From a virus, in the UHGV virus genome UHGV-0311442: a DNA stretch of 64,000 nt. One strand, written 5' to 3'. A program made the translations under genes and the position numbers. Positions 9,929-18,903 of this stretch are shown here, in pieces. Under the pieces are notes generated by a model. The model made no database searches. It had not been told where the DNA came from and worked only from the letters and a program-made list of their open reading frames with translations. Position 1 is the first letter of the stretch, and each line of letters opens with the position of its first letter.

Positions 9929-10028
9929 TTTGTTTCTCCAGTTGGATTTATACATTTCCGTATTCCGTAAGACGAAATGACGGCGCGGACAGCTAATACT
10001 CCTTTGTTGTGTGCCCTAATGATAATAT

Positions 10029-10526
10029 CTATTTAAAAGAGTTTGGAATTAATGACTCTGCTTCTCGGTACAGCTTATCGGGTAAGTATAACGTGTAGTG
10101 TTGTCTCCTCGGTTCAAGTTTTTTGTAAAGCCACAAAAAGATTTCTTGTCTTTCCCAGGAATCTAACCACCCATTTGCCATCCCCAGTGGAGGGATAGCA
10201 ACGCTGGTATCCAGTTCCTCAACACAATCTGCTAATGCGGTAATGCCCGCAGTAACATAAGAAACCTGGGACTTTAAACGCCAATGTGTTTTCGTTGGGA
10301 GCAAGATGCACTTTTCATCAGGGTAAACGTAAACGCTTCCAATCTTAATTTCGTCTTCGCGACACCGCTTACGGTAATCTTGATAAAGGTTGGGGTAGCG
10401 TTCACGGCACGCCAGTGCAATACCGCGACCCATCGCTCCTACGCAGTTAATGGTAACGACTTTATAGTCTTCGGGCGCATTAAAAAGATCGTTACCAATT
10501 TCAGATTCTTTACGTACCGTTAACAT
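10029..10526 (-). CDS. macro-domain-like protein (possible ADP-ribose-binding/processing)
   Basis: VVTINCVGAMGRGIALA and VAIPPLGMANGW resemble the macro-domain Gly-rich loop and second motif; start set to first ATG (track start is TTG); weak RBS. Confidence 0.4.
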   Translation of the reverse strand: MLTVRKESEIGNDLFNAPEDYKVVTINCVGAMGRGIALACRERYPNLYQDYRKRCREDEIKIGSVYVYPDEKCILLPTKTHWRLKSQVSYVTAGITALADCVEELDTSVAIPPLGMANGWLDSWERQEIFLWLYKKLEPRRQHYTLYLPDKLYREAESLIPNSFK

Positions 10527-10613
10527 AACGAAACGCCCGGAGTTGATGTGTAGTATTAAAACGTGTACCGCCGATTGATAACTCGACAAGTATAGCGATA
10601 TATGTTTTACCCA

Positions 10614-10982
10614 TTAGCGATTTTTCGTAATCCATTGTTTGACCGCCGCTTCTAAACCTTCGTGTTGTAAGCCCAGGCGTTGCATAGTCAGCGCCAAGTT
10701 GAGCGTGTGCACAACCTGTTCACGGAACTGATGATCGTTCATGCGGTCCCAGACCTTCTCTACCGAAATATTGTGTTTCCAGAGCAAATAAGCTTCGCGA
10801 CACGATGCGCGACGAACCAAGCTGGGTTTAACAAAAGGCAACTCGATTTCAGGCAAGTAACCTAAAAGCTTAACTAGCGGCGTTACCTGCGTCTTACCGA
10901 AGTCACCGCACTGATAACAAATTTGTAGAATATCAATTTCATTCAACGGTATACCGTAAATTGATGGGTTCTCTGTGAACAT
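10614..10982 (-). CDS. hypothetical protein (122 aa)
   Basis: strong GAGGAG RBS. Confidence 0.5.
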   Translation of the reverse strand: MFTENPSIYGIPLNEIDILQICYQCGDFGKTQVTPLVKLLGYLPEIELPFVKPSLVRRASCREAYLLWKHNISVEKVWDRMNDHQFREQVVHTLNLALTMQRLGLQHEGLEAAVKQWITKNR

Positions 10983-11184
10983 TCATATTCTCCTCAGGCT
11001 CGAAATGTGTTTCGGGTGGCAACGTCCCTAAAGCCCCTTGGATACAAGCTGTCAGCGTAGGTTTGCCGAAACAGACCTTACCTATTGTCCCCACATTGGG
11101 ATGCTGTAAGAACGCTTTTGCACGTTCGTATTCCTTCCAACAAATACTCGTATCCAAACCACCCACTCCGTACGATTTTAACAT
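10939..11184 (-). CDS. hypothetical protein (81 aa)
   Basis: ORF track; weak RBS; 44-nt overlap with next gene. Confidence 0.3.
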   Translation of the reverse strand: MLKSYGVGGLDTSICWKEYERAKAFLQHPNVGTIGKVCFGKPTLTACIQGALGTLPPETHFEPEENMNVHREPINLRYTVE

Positions 11185-11187
11185 AAT

Positions 11188-11250
11188 TAGCTCTCTTGAC
11201 GTAAATTTCTCACACTCATAGTGAGGTACGTCAAGAGAGCTTGATTGTTT
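11188..11250 (+). other. 15-bp perfect inverted repeat (AGCTCTCTTGACGTA / TACGTCAAGAGAGCT) with nested inner repeat, followed by T-run on plus strand
   Basis: read directly from sequence; terminator-like in plus orientation inside a minus-strand gene block. Confidence 0.5.
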
Positions 11251-11694
11251 TTAGAATGTTTTGCTAAAATCGACCCACTCACGATCGTGCGAGTAAACCG
11301 CCTGATAGCCGCGTCGGATGAAATACTCTTTTGCTTCTTTACATTTCGCATACATGCCAGTAACAATCTCGCCGAAAACTTCATCAGCTGCAATTGCTTT
11401 GAAAATCTCTTTCATTACACCCCGTTGACGGTAGTCTGGGAGCACGTATACTGAACGTATCTTAAGTGAACCGTTACGATTCCGATAACTACAGTATCCT
11501 ACCGCGACGTCATCCTGATACACCAGAACTATGCAGTTACCTTCGATCAGTTGCCGAGCTTTTAATTTCGGTACCGACGTTTTGATTTTCAGTAACGTGG
11601 CCTGGTGGTCTAAGTAACGGTAGTGCAGTTTGAGTAAATCGGCAGCTTGTCGCTCACCGACTTTAGAAGATGCGTTCAACAAATAAATTTCCAT
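11251..11694 (-). CDS. GNAT family N-acetyltransferase
   Basis: acetyl-CoA binding motif YRQRGVMKEIFKAI (R/Q-x-x-G-x-G/A pattern); start re-set to ATG at 11694. Confidence 0.6.
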   Translation of the reverse strand: MEIYLLNASSKVGERQAADLLKLHYRYLDHQATLLKIKTSVPKLKARQLIEGNCIVLVYQDDVAVGYCSYRNRNGSLKIRSVYVLPDYRQRGVMKEIFKAIAADEVFGEIVTGMYAKCKEAKEYFIRRGYQAVYSHDREWVDFSKTF

Positions 11695-11725
11695 TTGCAA
11701 ACCTTAGAGACGCAAAAAAGTAAAA

Positions 11726-11854
11726 TTAAAACCAACGCGCGATGACGAAAGCCGCAGCGGCTAATATGGCTGTGGTGATTATTAACCCACCCCATGAAAG
11801 TTCCGCGTCGTATAGTGCGGATATCGCTACATTCGTAGCGTTTATCGTGGTCAT
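11726..11854 (-). CDS. possible small membrane protein (42 aa)
   Basis: unlisted small ORF MTTINATNVAISALYDAELSWGGLIITTAILAAAAFVIARWF with GGAG RBS. Confidence 0.25.
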   Translation of the reverse strand: MTTINATNVAISALYDAELSWGGLIITTAILAAAAFVIARWF

Positions 11855-12020
11855 TTTCTGCTCCTATCAATACCCTCACACCGGAGGGTATCTTCTGGAT
11901 TATTTGGGTGGTTAATCTTCGAACGCCCAACGGTGTCGTTTAATCAGCCAGTTTAAACCTTTACCAATTAACCACAACGAGCCAAGTGTTAACAGAACCC
12001 CTACAACCATATTCCCTCTC

Positions 12021-12200
12021 CTAATTCCGCCATTCGCATTCGCGTTGACGCCAAATTGAACCCCACGATAGTTTAATCAGATAAGATGAAACTACCCATA
12101 AAATCATCACCACACAAAACATGACATAAAGAACCGCTAGAATGGACATGAAGCCAAACCCTGCCGCATCCACAATACGACGGAACCAATCAGTTTGCAT
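12021..12200 (-). CDS. possible small membrane protein (59 aa)
   Basis: hydrophobic core FGFMSILAVLYVMFCVVMILWVV; AAGGAG upstream; overlaps 3' end of ATPase gene. Confidence 0.35.
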   Translation of the reverse strand: MQTDWFRRIVDAAGFGFMSILAVLYVMFCVVMILWVVSSYLIKLSWGSIWRQRECEWRN

Positions 12201-14694
12201 AAACAATTTTTACTCCTTCGTTATACACCGCAGGCAATGTCACCCCTTCCGGTTCGATGACACAGTACGATGCTTCATTAAGTTTAGAATGAACCTCGGC
12301 TTCGTGGGAGACTACCAACAGTTGTGAAAATTCTCCTGAGTTTGCTAACGTTTTAATAAAGCCGACCAGGTTGTTACGGTGCTCCTCATCCATGCCCTCC
12401 GAAGGTTCATCCAAAAGCAACGGAAACTGATGCAACTTCAGCGCTTTGTACGCAGTCAGTCTGAACATCAGATTAAATATCGCACGCTGCGCCTTTGACC
12501 CTTTACGCACGTCAGGAACAGGCTCAGGATGCGTTTTTAGCTGGACAGGAAAAGTATAATCCAAATCGCCGTCAGTGAGATCACAAGGCATAACACGCAT
12601 GGGGTACGTCCAGACCTGTTCGATATAACGCGTCATTAACTCTGTGATTCTAACGATAGCGTTGTAAAAATACTTTCTAAGTACACCCTTTTCTGGCGAG
12701 AAGGCTTGAATCATCAGTTTGTTATTGAACTGCTGGGCTTGTAAGTCAGCAAGTTCGCGTTCCAAACTGTTGAGCTGGTTCAATTCATTTTCCATCTGAC
12801 GATAACGTTCGCGTGCGGTTGTAAAAGCATCCAGCTTCCCTTCTCGTGTACGTAAGAGTTCCTCGACGACCGTATTTGTCAACGTAACCTTAACGTCACT
12901 CTCTAACCGTTCGAATAACGCACTGAAATCATCTACAGCACGTTTAACATTCACTAGATAGGTAAGTGTCGTGTTAGCCAGTTCGTGCTCTCTACGACGC
13001 ATTGAGAGCATCTCTGTGGCTTTACCTAATCGCGACTGTTGGAAGGCGATCTTTTGTTGTAAAGCACCATCGACGTTACCAACGGCCGCTACGGCATCCT
13101 GCCATTCTTTTTCCGCCTTCACTAACCGTTGTCTGGTTTCATGGTACTCAATAGCAGAGTACAACTCACCGTCAAACGCTGCGCATAGACTCCCGAACTG
13201 CTCGCGAGACTCTGTGAAAACGTTACGTTCTTGCAAACGCTTAAAGAACATACTCAAAACAGGGTCCTTTGAATACGTCAGTACAATCTCACGAACCTGC
13301 CGCATATAAGTTACATCAGATTCTAATTCAACACGATCGCGTAATAAGGTCTCTAACTGCGTTTGCAGTTCCGTGCGCTGCTGTTGCTGTCCACGAATCG
13401 AAGACTCAAGTTCAGGCAAAGAACGCGTAACGCCTGGTCGAAACTTAAACCGACACTGCGGACAATCCACTTCCGCTGTTTCTAAGTAGTGGTTACGTTC
13501 GTGATTTAAATTCTGTAAAACGTTCTCCACTCGCTGGAGTCTATCCCGCAACCCGGCGGTTTTTTGATCCATCACCAGAAGCCGTTCTTCCAAAACATTG
13601 AGTTTTTCGGTCGAATGAATTGCGTCCAGCGTTGTTCCTAACCGTTGTCCCCAAACACGCGCGTCGGTAGCCGCACGAAGTTGGTCTAAATTGACGTTAT
13701 CGTTAAATAGACCCGGAAAGAGATGTTCAGTGTCCCATTTGGTAAGTAACTCACGTAAACGTGCCAGCGTATTCTTGAGACCTTCGTGATTCCGCATCAG
13801 GTAGTCCTGTCGTGTCGACTCATCCATCAATAACGACAAGTCTTTATTCAACATCGATACCTCTGTTTCAGTAGACACGACAGCTTCGCGGGCGGTCGCC
13901 TCGTTTTGTCGTGCGACCTGTATCTGTTCATCAGTAGGCAGACCACCACGATGTTGTAATATTGCGTCGATGGTTGGACCCAAGCTGTTTAATGACGCTT
14001 GGATTGTTTCGATGGTGACGCCGCGATTTAATCCTGGCAACTGTTCGATTTCTCGGTTCAGTTCACGTAAATCCGATTCCAAACCTTTTAATCTCGTCGC
14101 TAACTGCTGCCGTTCTTCCTCGTTCTCAATAACACGCGTCCGTAATTCGGCGATCTTACGGCTGGTGATTTCAATACCCCCATTTAAGGCAGTAAGGTTT
14201 TTACGTAAACGTTGATAAAACCCTAACGCGTAAGTGAGGTCAGAGGTGCTTAAACGGTAAAACCACTTGCGACGTAATTCGGTTCCCGCATCGGTTAACA
14301 AGACCTCACCATTTAATAGTTCTTTAATTTCTTTCGTAATACCCGTGATTTCTTCAACACGGGAGTTGTAGACTTTCGCATTACCTTGCTCGACGATCTT
14401 TGCCCCCGTGGTCAGGTTCTCAATATCACAAACCAAAGAGTTGCCTTTACGGGCAACTTTGAATCGATAGCGTTGATCGCCGACTAAACAGTAATTCGTG
14501 TAAGAACCGCCGTCCCTGAATTCAGTTTTAGCTGGTGCTAAGGGTAAGAACACAGACAGTAGACTGGTTTTCCCGCAGCCGTTCCCACCCAGGATAATTG
14601 TTGTTGGAGACTGGATAGTGAAATCGAAGGTTTCAATTTCATGTAACCCCATCCCCGTAAAACCTTTGAGTATAATGCGTTCAACTTTTAGCAT
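12190..14694 (-). CDS. Rad50/SbcC-like SMC-family ATPase with zinc hook
   Basis: Walker A ILGGNGCGKTSLL; long coiled-coil middle; CPQC hook motif mid-protein; Walker B/D-loop LLLDEPSEGMD; H-loop VSHE; start re-set to ATG at 14694 with GGAGGTG RBS. Confidence 0.7.
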   Translation of the reverse strand: MLKVERIILKGFTGMGLHEIETFDFTIQSPTTIILGGNGCGKTSLLSVFLPLAPAKTEFRDGGSYTNYCLVGDQRYRFKVARKGNSLVCDIENLTTGAKIVEQGNAKVYNSRVEEITGITKEIKELLNGEVLLTDAGTELRRKWFYRLSTSDLTYALGFYQRLRKNLTALNGGIEITSRKIAELRTRVIENEEERQQLATRLKGLESDLRELNREIEQLPGLNRGVTIETIQASLNSLGPTIDAILQHRGGLPTDEQIQVARQNEATAREAVVSTETEVSMLNKDLSLLMDESTRQDYLMRNHEGLKNTLARLRELLTKWDTEHLFPGLFNDNVNLDQLRAATDARVWGQRLGTTLDAIHSTEKLNVLEERLLVMDQKTAGLRDRLQRVENVLQNLNHERNHYLETAEVDCPQCRFKFRPGVTRSLPELESSIRGQQQQRTELQTQLETLLRDRVELESDVTYMRQVREIVLTYSKDPVLSMFFKRLQERNVFTESREQFGSLCAAFDGELYSAIEYHETRQRLVKAEKEWQDAVAAVGNVDGALQQKIAFQQSRLGKATEMLSMRRREHELANTTLTYLVNVKRAVDDFSALFERLESDVKVTLTNTVVEELLRTREGKLDAFTTARERYRQMENELNQLNSLERELADLQAQQFNNKLMIQAFSPEKGVLRKYFYNAIVRITELMTRYIEQVWTYPMRVMPCDLTDGDLDYTFPVQLKTHPEPVPDVRKGSKAQRAIFNLMFRLTAYKALKLHQFPLLLDEPSEGMDEEHRNNLVGFIKTLANSGEFSQLLVVSHEAEVHSKLNEASYCVIEPEGVTLPAVYNEGVKIVYAN

Positions 14695-14772
14695 ACCCAC
14701 CTCCATAAAGACGGAGTGTGGTGTAAAAAGAAAAAAATAAAGAAAGGGAGAACCCGAAGGTTCTCCCAAACG

Positions 14773-15381
14773 TTATTTGGTGTACAGGTGATAACCCATT
14801 GAAGTCCAATAATCGACGTTCTTCGTGTTTTCTACCCAAACCTGTCCCGCCTTTGTGGCTAAGACTTCCATTGTCAATGTACAGATCAGATTTGTTACCG
14901 GGATACAATTTCCAGGTGTAACATCATCCAGATAAACCGGATATAAAAACGGCGATTTAATGGATTGGTACGGGTAAGAATAGTGGCTACCGACCTTCCA
15001 CCCTTCTTCTACAGGACAGAGATTAAAAGTGCGTGTTTCAGGAACTGCGTTTTCAGAGATCCAGTTAACAACATCGGCTTTAATTCGATCGTGGTCGATA
15101 TAGTAGAACACAACACGTTGTGGGATACTTGTGGTACCAGCCGGGTCTAAAGCCTCCAACGCCTTAAAAGGCGACGTTAACAATGTTGTACTGTTCTCAA
15201 GCGCGTAAACCAACTTTTCGTAAGCAGTCGGTGTTTTACGTTTAAAATATTCCCGTAAGCGAGGGTATGCCAGGAAGCCCTCTACTTCTTCTTCCATTAA
15301 GTCAATGAATAAAGGCGTATGCGAAAAGCGTTCTGCATTTTGCATCGCTTCAAGAAAACGAACTAATGTAATTTCGTTCAT
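14773..15381 (-). CDS. hypothetical protein (202 aa)
   Basis: ORF track; AAGGAAAG RBS; no Mre11 phosphoesterase motifs. Confidence 0.55.
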   Translation of the reverse strand: MNEITLVRFLEAMQNAERFSHTPLFIDLMEEEVEGFLAYPRLREYFKRKTPTAYEKLVYALENSTTLLTSPFKALEALDPAGTTSIPQRVVFYYIDHDRIKADVVNWISENAVPETRTFNLCPVEEGWKVGSHYSYPYQSIKSPFLYPVYLDDVTPGNCIPVTNLICTLTMEVLATKAGQVWVENTKNVDYWTSMGYHLYTK

Positions 15382-15401
15382 CTGGTCTTTCCTTTTAGAT
15401 C

Positions 15402-15429
15402 AAAAAAAGAAGCCCCGAGTAAACGGGGC
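15402..15429 (-). terminator. rho-independent terminator
   Basis: hairpin GCCCCG-agtaaa-CGGGGC with T-run on minus strand. Confidence 0.5.
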
Positions 15430-15437
15430 CGGGCTAA

Positions 15438-15914
15438 TTACAGCCCTAAGTGCGTGAGTGATAAAATAGGTTGTGTTTCACCTTTAATCGTCGCGAAGGA
15501 ACGATACATTTCTGCGTTACTTGAAAAAACTTCGTTAGCAACGATACATTCACCCGTCTCTAAAGAAAGGAGATAAATGTAGTCGCTCCATACGCTTTGT
15601 ACCAACACCCACTCAAGTGCGGTATCATTTTCGCGTGTTGTTCGCAGGTGGTGAAAGTAAGGACGGATTGCATCAACTGCCGCATTAAAACGACGGTGAT
15701 AAATTCGGGTTAAATCAAAGGTCCAGATTGTTTCCAGGTCGACTGGATGTAGTGTGCGCACCGTTTCGATAATTGTCGACTGATCATTAAGGCGCGAGGC
15801 TTCGGCGATACGCAGCAGTTTCCAGGCCACCGTTAAGTTGTGGCGAATTTGTTCAGGTTTAGCCGACAGGTCATGATGAAATTGCGCAGCTTGGTAAACG
15901 TTAGATAATTGCAT
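15438..15914 (-). CDS. hypothetical protein (158 aa)
   Basis: ORF track; conserved TACCTAAAGGAGTATTAAA-ATG initiation context. Confidence 0.55.
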   Translation of the reverse strand: MQLSNVYQAAQFHHDLSAKPEQIRHNLTVAWKLLRIAEASRLNDQSTIIETVRTLHPVDLETIWTFDLTRIYHRRFNAAVDAIRPYFHHLRTTRENDTALEWVLVQSVWSDYIYLLSLETGECIVANEVFSSNAEMYRSFATIKGETQPILSLTHLGL

Positions 15915-15943
15915 TTTAATACTCCTTTAGGTAAACATGTCGT

Positions 15944-15969
15944 AAAAAGGACCCCGGACGTACCGGGGT
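15944..15969 (-). terminator. rho-independent terminator
   Basis: hairpin ACCCCGG-acgta-CCGGGGT with T-run on minus strand. Confidence 0.5.
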
Positions 15970-15980
15970 CAAGACTACAC

Positions 15981-16370
15981 TCAATGATCTAATTCAATAG
16001 CACCAGCCATCTTGCCCCGTTCTTCGATAACAATCAGATAACGGTCGCGAGATTTGCTTTTAGCGAGAGTTAAGACAACAGTAGGGTCGCATGTTTTCGT
16101 GGTGATAGGAAGAACCTCTCTTTCGACGGAATCGAGCAGAAAGTAATAACCTGCGGGACACATTGTGCCACCGTCAGCTTTTACCAGAATATAGCGCCCG
16201 TCTGCGCCGACTTCTTGGCAGATTGTTTCACCGACTTCGCAAACTTCAAACCCCGGAGGATTGTACTGATAATCGGTATTGTTGTTTGGGGTTAGCAGTA
16301 AATCGTTAACTTGAGTAGATGCTGCTACACTCAGGGAGAAGAAGAATGCTAAAACGCAGACGAGACGCAT
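15981..16370 (-). CDS. secreted protein 1 of 5 (signal peptide)
   Basis: MRLVCVLAFFFSLSVAAS; AAGGAG RBS. Confidence 0.55.
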   Translation of the reverse strand: MRLVCVLAFFFSLSVAASTQVNDLLLTPNNNTDYQYNPPGFEVCEVGETICQEVGADGRYILVKADGGTMCPAGYYFLLDSVEREVLPITTKTCDPTVVLTLAKSKSRDRYLIVIEERGKMAGAIELDH

Positions 16371-16380
16371 GAGTTACTCC

Positions 16381-16791
16381 TTAAATTTTAAGTTTATCCA
16401 TAGCTACAACGATAGGTTTTTCCGAAGTGTCTAATATCCCTACCATTGGCACACCATCTACGACTTCGAAGAATGGTTTGTTATTACCAGAGCATAGACG
16501 TTTGTCGTTGTATTCGAGACGTTGGGCCTTCCACGTTTCGAGGTTGAGTACAGACATTGGGCTGTCGTAGCACCAGGCACCACCTTGCTCAACGATGAAT
16601 ACGTATCTGCTACCTTTGTATTTAAACAGACTCTTCGCCTGACAGTACAACCCGTCAATTTCCGTACAATAGAAATCATCGGTGCTATTGACGTATTTAA
16701 TATTGTCTGGCAACTGAATCGTCTTTGCTGTAGCGTTGACAGAGAACAGAACAGCCATTGCAATGAGAAGAGTGTTGATGATAGTTTTCAT
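16381..16791 (-). CDS. secreted protein 2 of 5 (signal peptide)
   Basis: MKTIINTLLIAMAVLFSVNATA; AAGGA RBS. Confidence 0.55.
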   Translation of the reverse strand: MKTIINTLLIAMAVLFSVNATAKTIQLPDNIKYVNSTDDFYCTEIDGLYCQAKSLFKYKGSRYVFIVEQGGAWCYDSPMSVLNLETWKAQRLEYNDKRLCSGNNKPFFEVVDGVPMVGILDTSEKPIVVAMDKLKI

Positions 16792-16802
16792 GATAAAAGT
16801 CC

Positions 16803-17288
16803 TTAGTATTTAGATTGTTCTACGTATTTCTTAACCAGGTAAGCGAATTCAGCAACACCGATATCACCGAACCAAATCAGGTAACCGGGGTCGATGTTGT
16901 AGTAATAGCCGACGAGTTTCTTGGTGTGTGGGTTGTATAGCGTTACGATGTATTCCCAACCACAAGCGTTAGCTTTACAACCGCCGCTTTCAATCCAGAT
17001 TTTGTTGTTGATATTTACCGGATACATGTTACCGCCAGGGCCATCCATGTAACCTTTAGAGCCGAACATACCATCCAGTCCCACAGGGTCTAGTGTTTTA
17101 TCAACAACGGCTTTAAACGACTTATCGGTATCGTACAAGTCGTTGATGTTTGGGCACGCATTTGGCTGACCTTCCCAAGCGTTTCCATCGCAGGTAAGCA
17201 ATTCGTCTACGGAGGCCGCATCTACAGTTGGCGTGGCACCGATAAACAAGAAAACCAGAAAGAACATCAGTGTATGTAAACGTTTCAT
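16803..17288 (-). CDS. secreted Cys-containing protein 3 of 5 (signal peptide)
   Basis: MKRLHTLMFFLVFLFIGATPTVDAAS; AAGGAG RBS; several Cys in mature part. Confidence 0.55.
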   Translation of the reverse strand: MKRLHTLMFFLVFLFIGATPTVDAASVDELLTCDGNAWEGQPNACPNINDLYDTDKSFKAVVDKTLDPVGLDGMFGSKGYMDGPGGNMYPVNINNKIWIESGGCKANACGWEYIVTLYNPHTKKLVGYYYNIDPGYLIWFGDIGVAEFAYLVKKYVEQSKY

Positions 17289-17306
17289 TGTAACTACTCC
17301 TTTAGA

Positions 17307-17693
17307 TTATTCGGCAGGACGATTTAAGGTAACGCGTCCGATTAATTCGGCGTTGTGAAAGAAGTCCACAGCGGTATAATTACCAACGGATAATGGGTGA
17401 ATACTAACTGACATTACTTTCGGTTGTTCGCAAGCAATATCGGTTAGACGTTGGTAGACTTGCGCACGGGTGTCAGCAATGAGTAACCCCGTACACGCTT
17501 CACCACGCACTAAACGATAAACTTGCAGTTTACCGAAACTGCGCATTAACGTAGGCGTCTCATCCGGGTTGATAATCGGTGAGTCAGGAGCCGGTTCGTA
17601 ATAGCGGACATCCGAATCACCGAAAGCATAAGTGCCAGTAATTCCGACCGCACAGAAAATAATGATAGTATAAAGTATAGTTCTGATATTCAT
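17307..17693 (-). CDS. secreted protein 4 of 5 (signal peptide)
   Basis: MNIRTILYTIIIFCAVGITGTYAFG; start ambiguous (GTG 17699 or ATG 17693). Confidence 0.5.
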   Translation of the reverse strand: MNIRTILYTIIIFCAVGITGTYAFGDSDVRYYEPAPDSPIINPDETPTLMRSFGKLQVYRLVRGEACTGLLIADTRAQVYQRLTDIACEQPKVMSVSIHPLSVGNYTAVDFFHNAELIGRVTLNRPAE

Positions 17694-17721
17694 TTTCACG
17701 CACTCTAAAAAAGATTAATAG

Positions 17722-18183
17722 TTATTTGTTAGGACGGGTGTGCCCACAGTTTTGGAAGAAAGTTTCAGATAAACGATCGCCTTCTACGGTAAAGTTAGCG
17801 GCATCGTTACCATTGATACTCACACTGAAAGTTTTGGCATTACCGATAGCATTAACGAAAGCAACCCAAGCGTGTTCTGCCTTGTCACTACCGTCCACGG
17901 TAGGGATGTTATAGGTTTTGCCGTTTACGACAATATCCATCGTGTTATCTTCAGCGTTAGTTGCACCTACGGGTTCCCCGTAATACCAAACCATGCGACC
18001 GTAAAATTTGCGATTCGCAGTTTCAGTGTCACAGTTGATAGACAGTCCGTTTCCGGCGGTGTCTTCAATTTCGTAAACTGCCTGGCCAGGGTTTTGTATT
18101 TGTTCCCAGCTGTTGATAGCGGCGTGTGCAGTATTGAAACCGATTACGAAAAGGGCGATTAAAAAGGAAGTGAAGATTTTCAT
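17722..18183 (-). CDS. secreted protein 5 of 5 (signal peptide)
   Basis: MKIFTSFLIALFVIGFNTAHA; AAAGGAG RBS; first gene after promoter-like motif. Confidence 0.55.
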   Translation of the reverse strand: MKIFTSFLIALFVIGFNTAHAAINSWEQIQNPGQAVYEIEDTAGNGLSINCDTETANRKFYGRMVWYYGEPVGATNAEDNTMDIVVNGKTYNIPTVDGSDKAEHAWVAFVNAIGNAKTFSVSINGNDAANFTVEGDRLSETFFQNCGHTRPNK

Positions 18184-18230
18184 TGTTTTGCTCCTTTATG
18201 GCGTTAATGTATAAAGAGTTAATCGTAACT

Positions 18231-18267
18231 CTCACCTAAGTAATATATATCTGAAATTATTTTTAAT
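18231..18267 (-). promoter_or_regulatory. conserved promoter-like motif, copy 1
   Basis: minus-strand reading ATTTCAGATATATATTACTTAGGTGAG, then a 5'-UTR hairpin and RBS of 17722..18183. Confidence 0.45.
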
Positions 18268-18276
18268 ATTAACGAA

Positions 18277-18307
18277 CAAAAAATAAAAGGTGGGGGTAAA
18301 CCCCCAC
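18277..18307 (-). terminator. rho-independent terminator
   Basis: hairpin GTGGGGG-taaa-CCCCCAC with T-run on minus strand. Confidence 0.55.
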
Positions 18308-18312
18308 CGATG

Positions 18313-18891
18313 TTATACATCGAACCGGTACTGCCGGGAGTTAATGAGGAACTCGGTATTCAGCTCAATCCATTCGAGTAAATCACCCAACGGTAATCGG
18401 TTTGGGTTTTCTAACTCAATAGACGCTACCGGATAAGAGTTTACTAATTCCGTAATTGCCTCAATACCCTCTTGCGTTCCGTCGTCTTCTAAGGTGATTG
18501 TAAACGGCATATCGGTACGATCCGCATTAGGATTGTACAAACTGACTTTCGTTGCTTGGACAAACGCAGTCAGGTCGTCACGTATAATGCGTGTATCAGG
18601 CGCTAGAACTACCCAGAGATGTTGTCCTGGCTGGAGTTTACGTTTTGCGTAGTTTAAGAACGGGTTAGCCGGTAAGCTTTCCAAACCACTGCAAATGTTC
18701 CGTAAATGAATCCCTCGTGGGTCTTTATAGTCCACGCTGAAGATTCCTACCGGTTCCTTCGCTGCCTGTTTTATCAGAAAGACCAATACCGTGTCCGCTC
18801 TTTCTGGTAAGGAAAGCTCTATTCCCTCAAGCTCCCCATCGACGAGGTTTTCCAACCAAACGTCTTTTCGCATTTCTATTAATCGGTACAC
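18313..18891 (-). CDS. hypothetical protein (192 aa), GTG start
   Basis: GTG at 18891 preceded by GAGGTG at 5 nt. Confidence 0.5.
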   Translation of the reverse strand: MYRLIEMRKDVWLENLVDGELEGIELSLPERADTVLVFLIKQAAKEPVGIFSVDYKDPRGIHLRNICSGLESLPANPFLNYAKRKLQPGQHLWVVLAPDTRIIRDDLTAFVQATKVSLYNPNADRTDMPFTITLEDDGTQEGIEAITELVNSYPVASIELENPNRLPLGDLLEWIELNTEFLINSRQYRFDV

Positions 18892-18903
18892 GGTACCACC
18901 TCA

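Noticed and set aside
11676-11930. 84-aa ORF 11676..11930 and 68-aa ORF 11187..11393
   Set aside because: Overlap better-supported genes or RBS-bearing small ORFs in other frames; Arg/Cys-rich translations without RBS.
14773-15381. Candidate Mre11/SbcD partner upstream of the Rad50-like ATPase
   Set aside because: No calcineurin-like phosphoesterase motifs (D-x-H, GDxxD, GNHE) in the translation.
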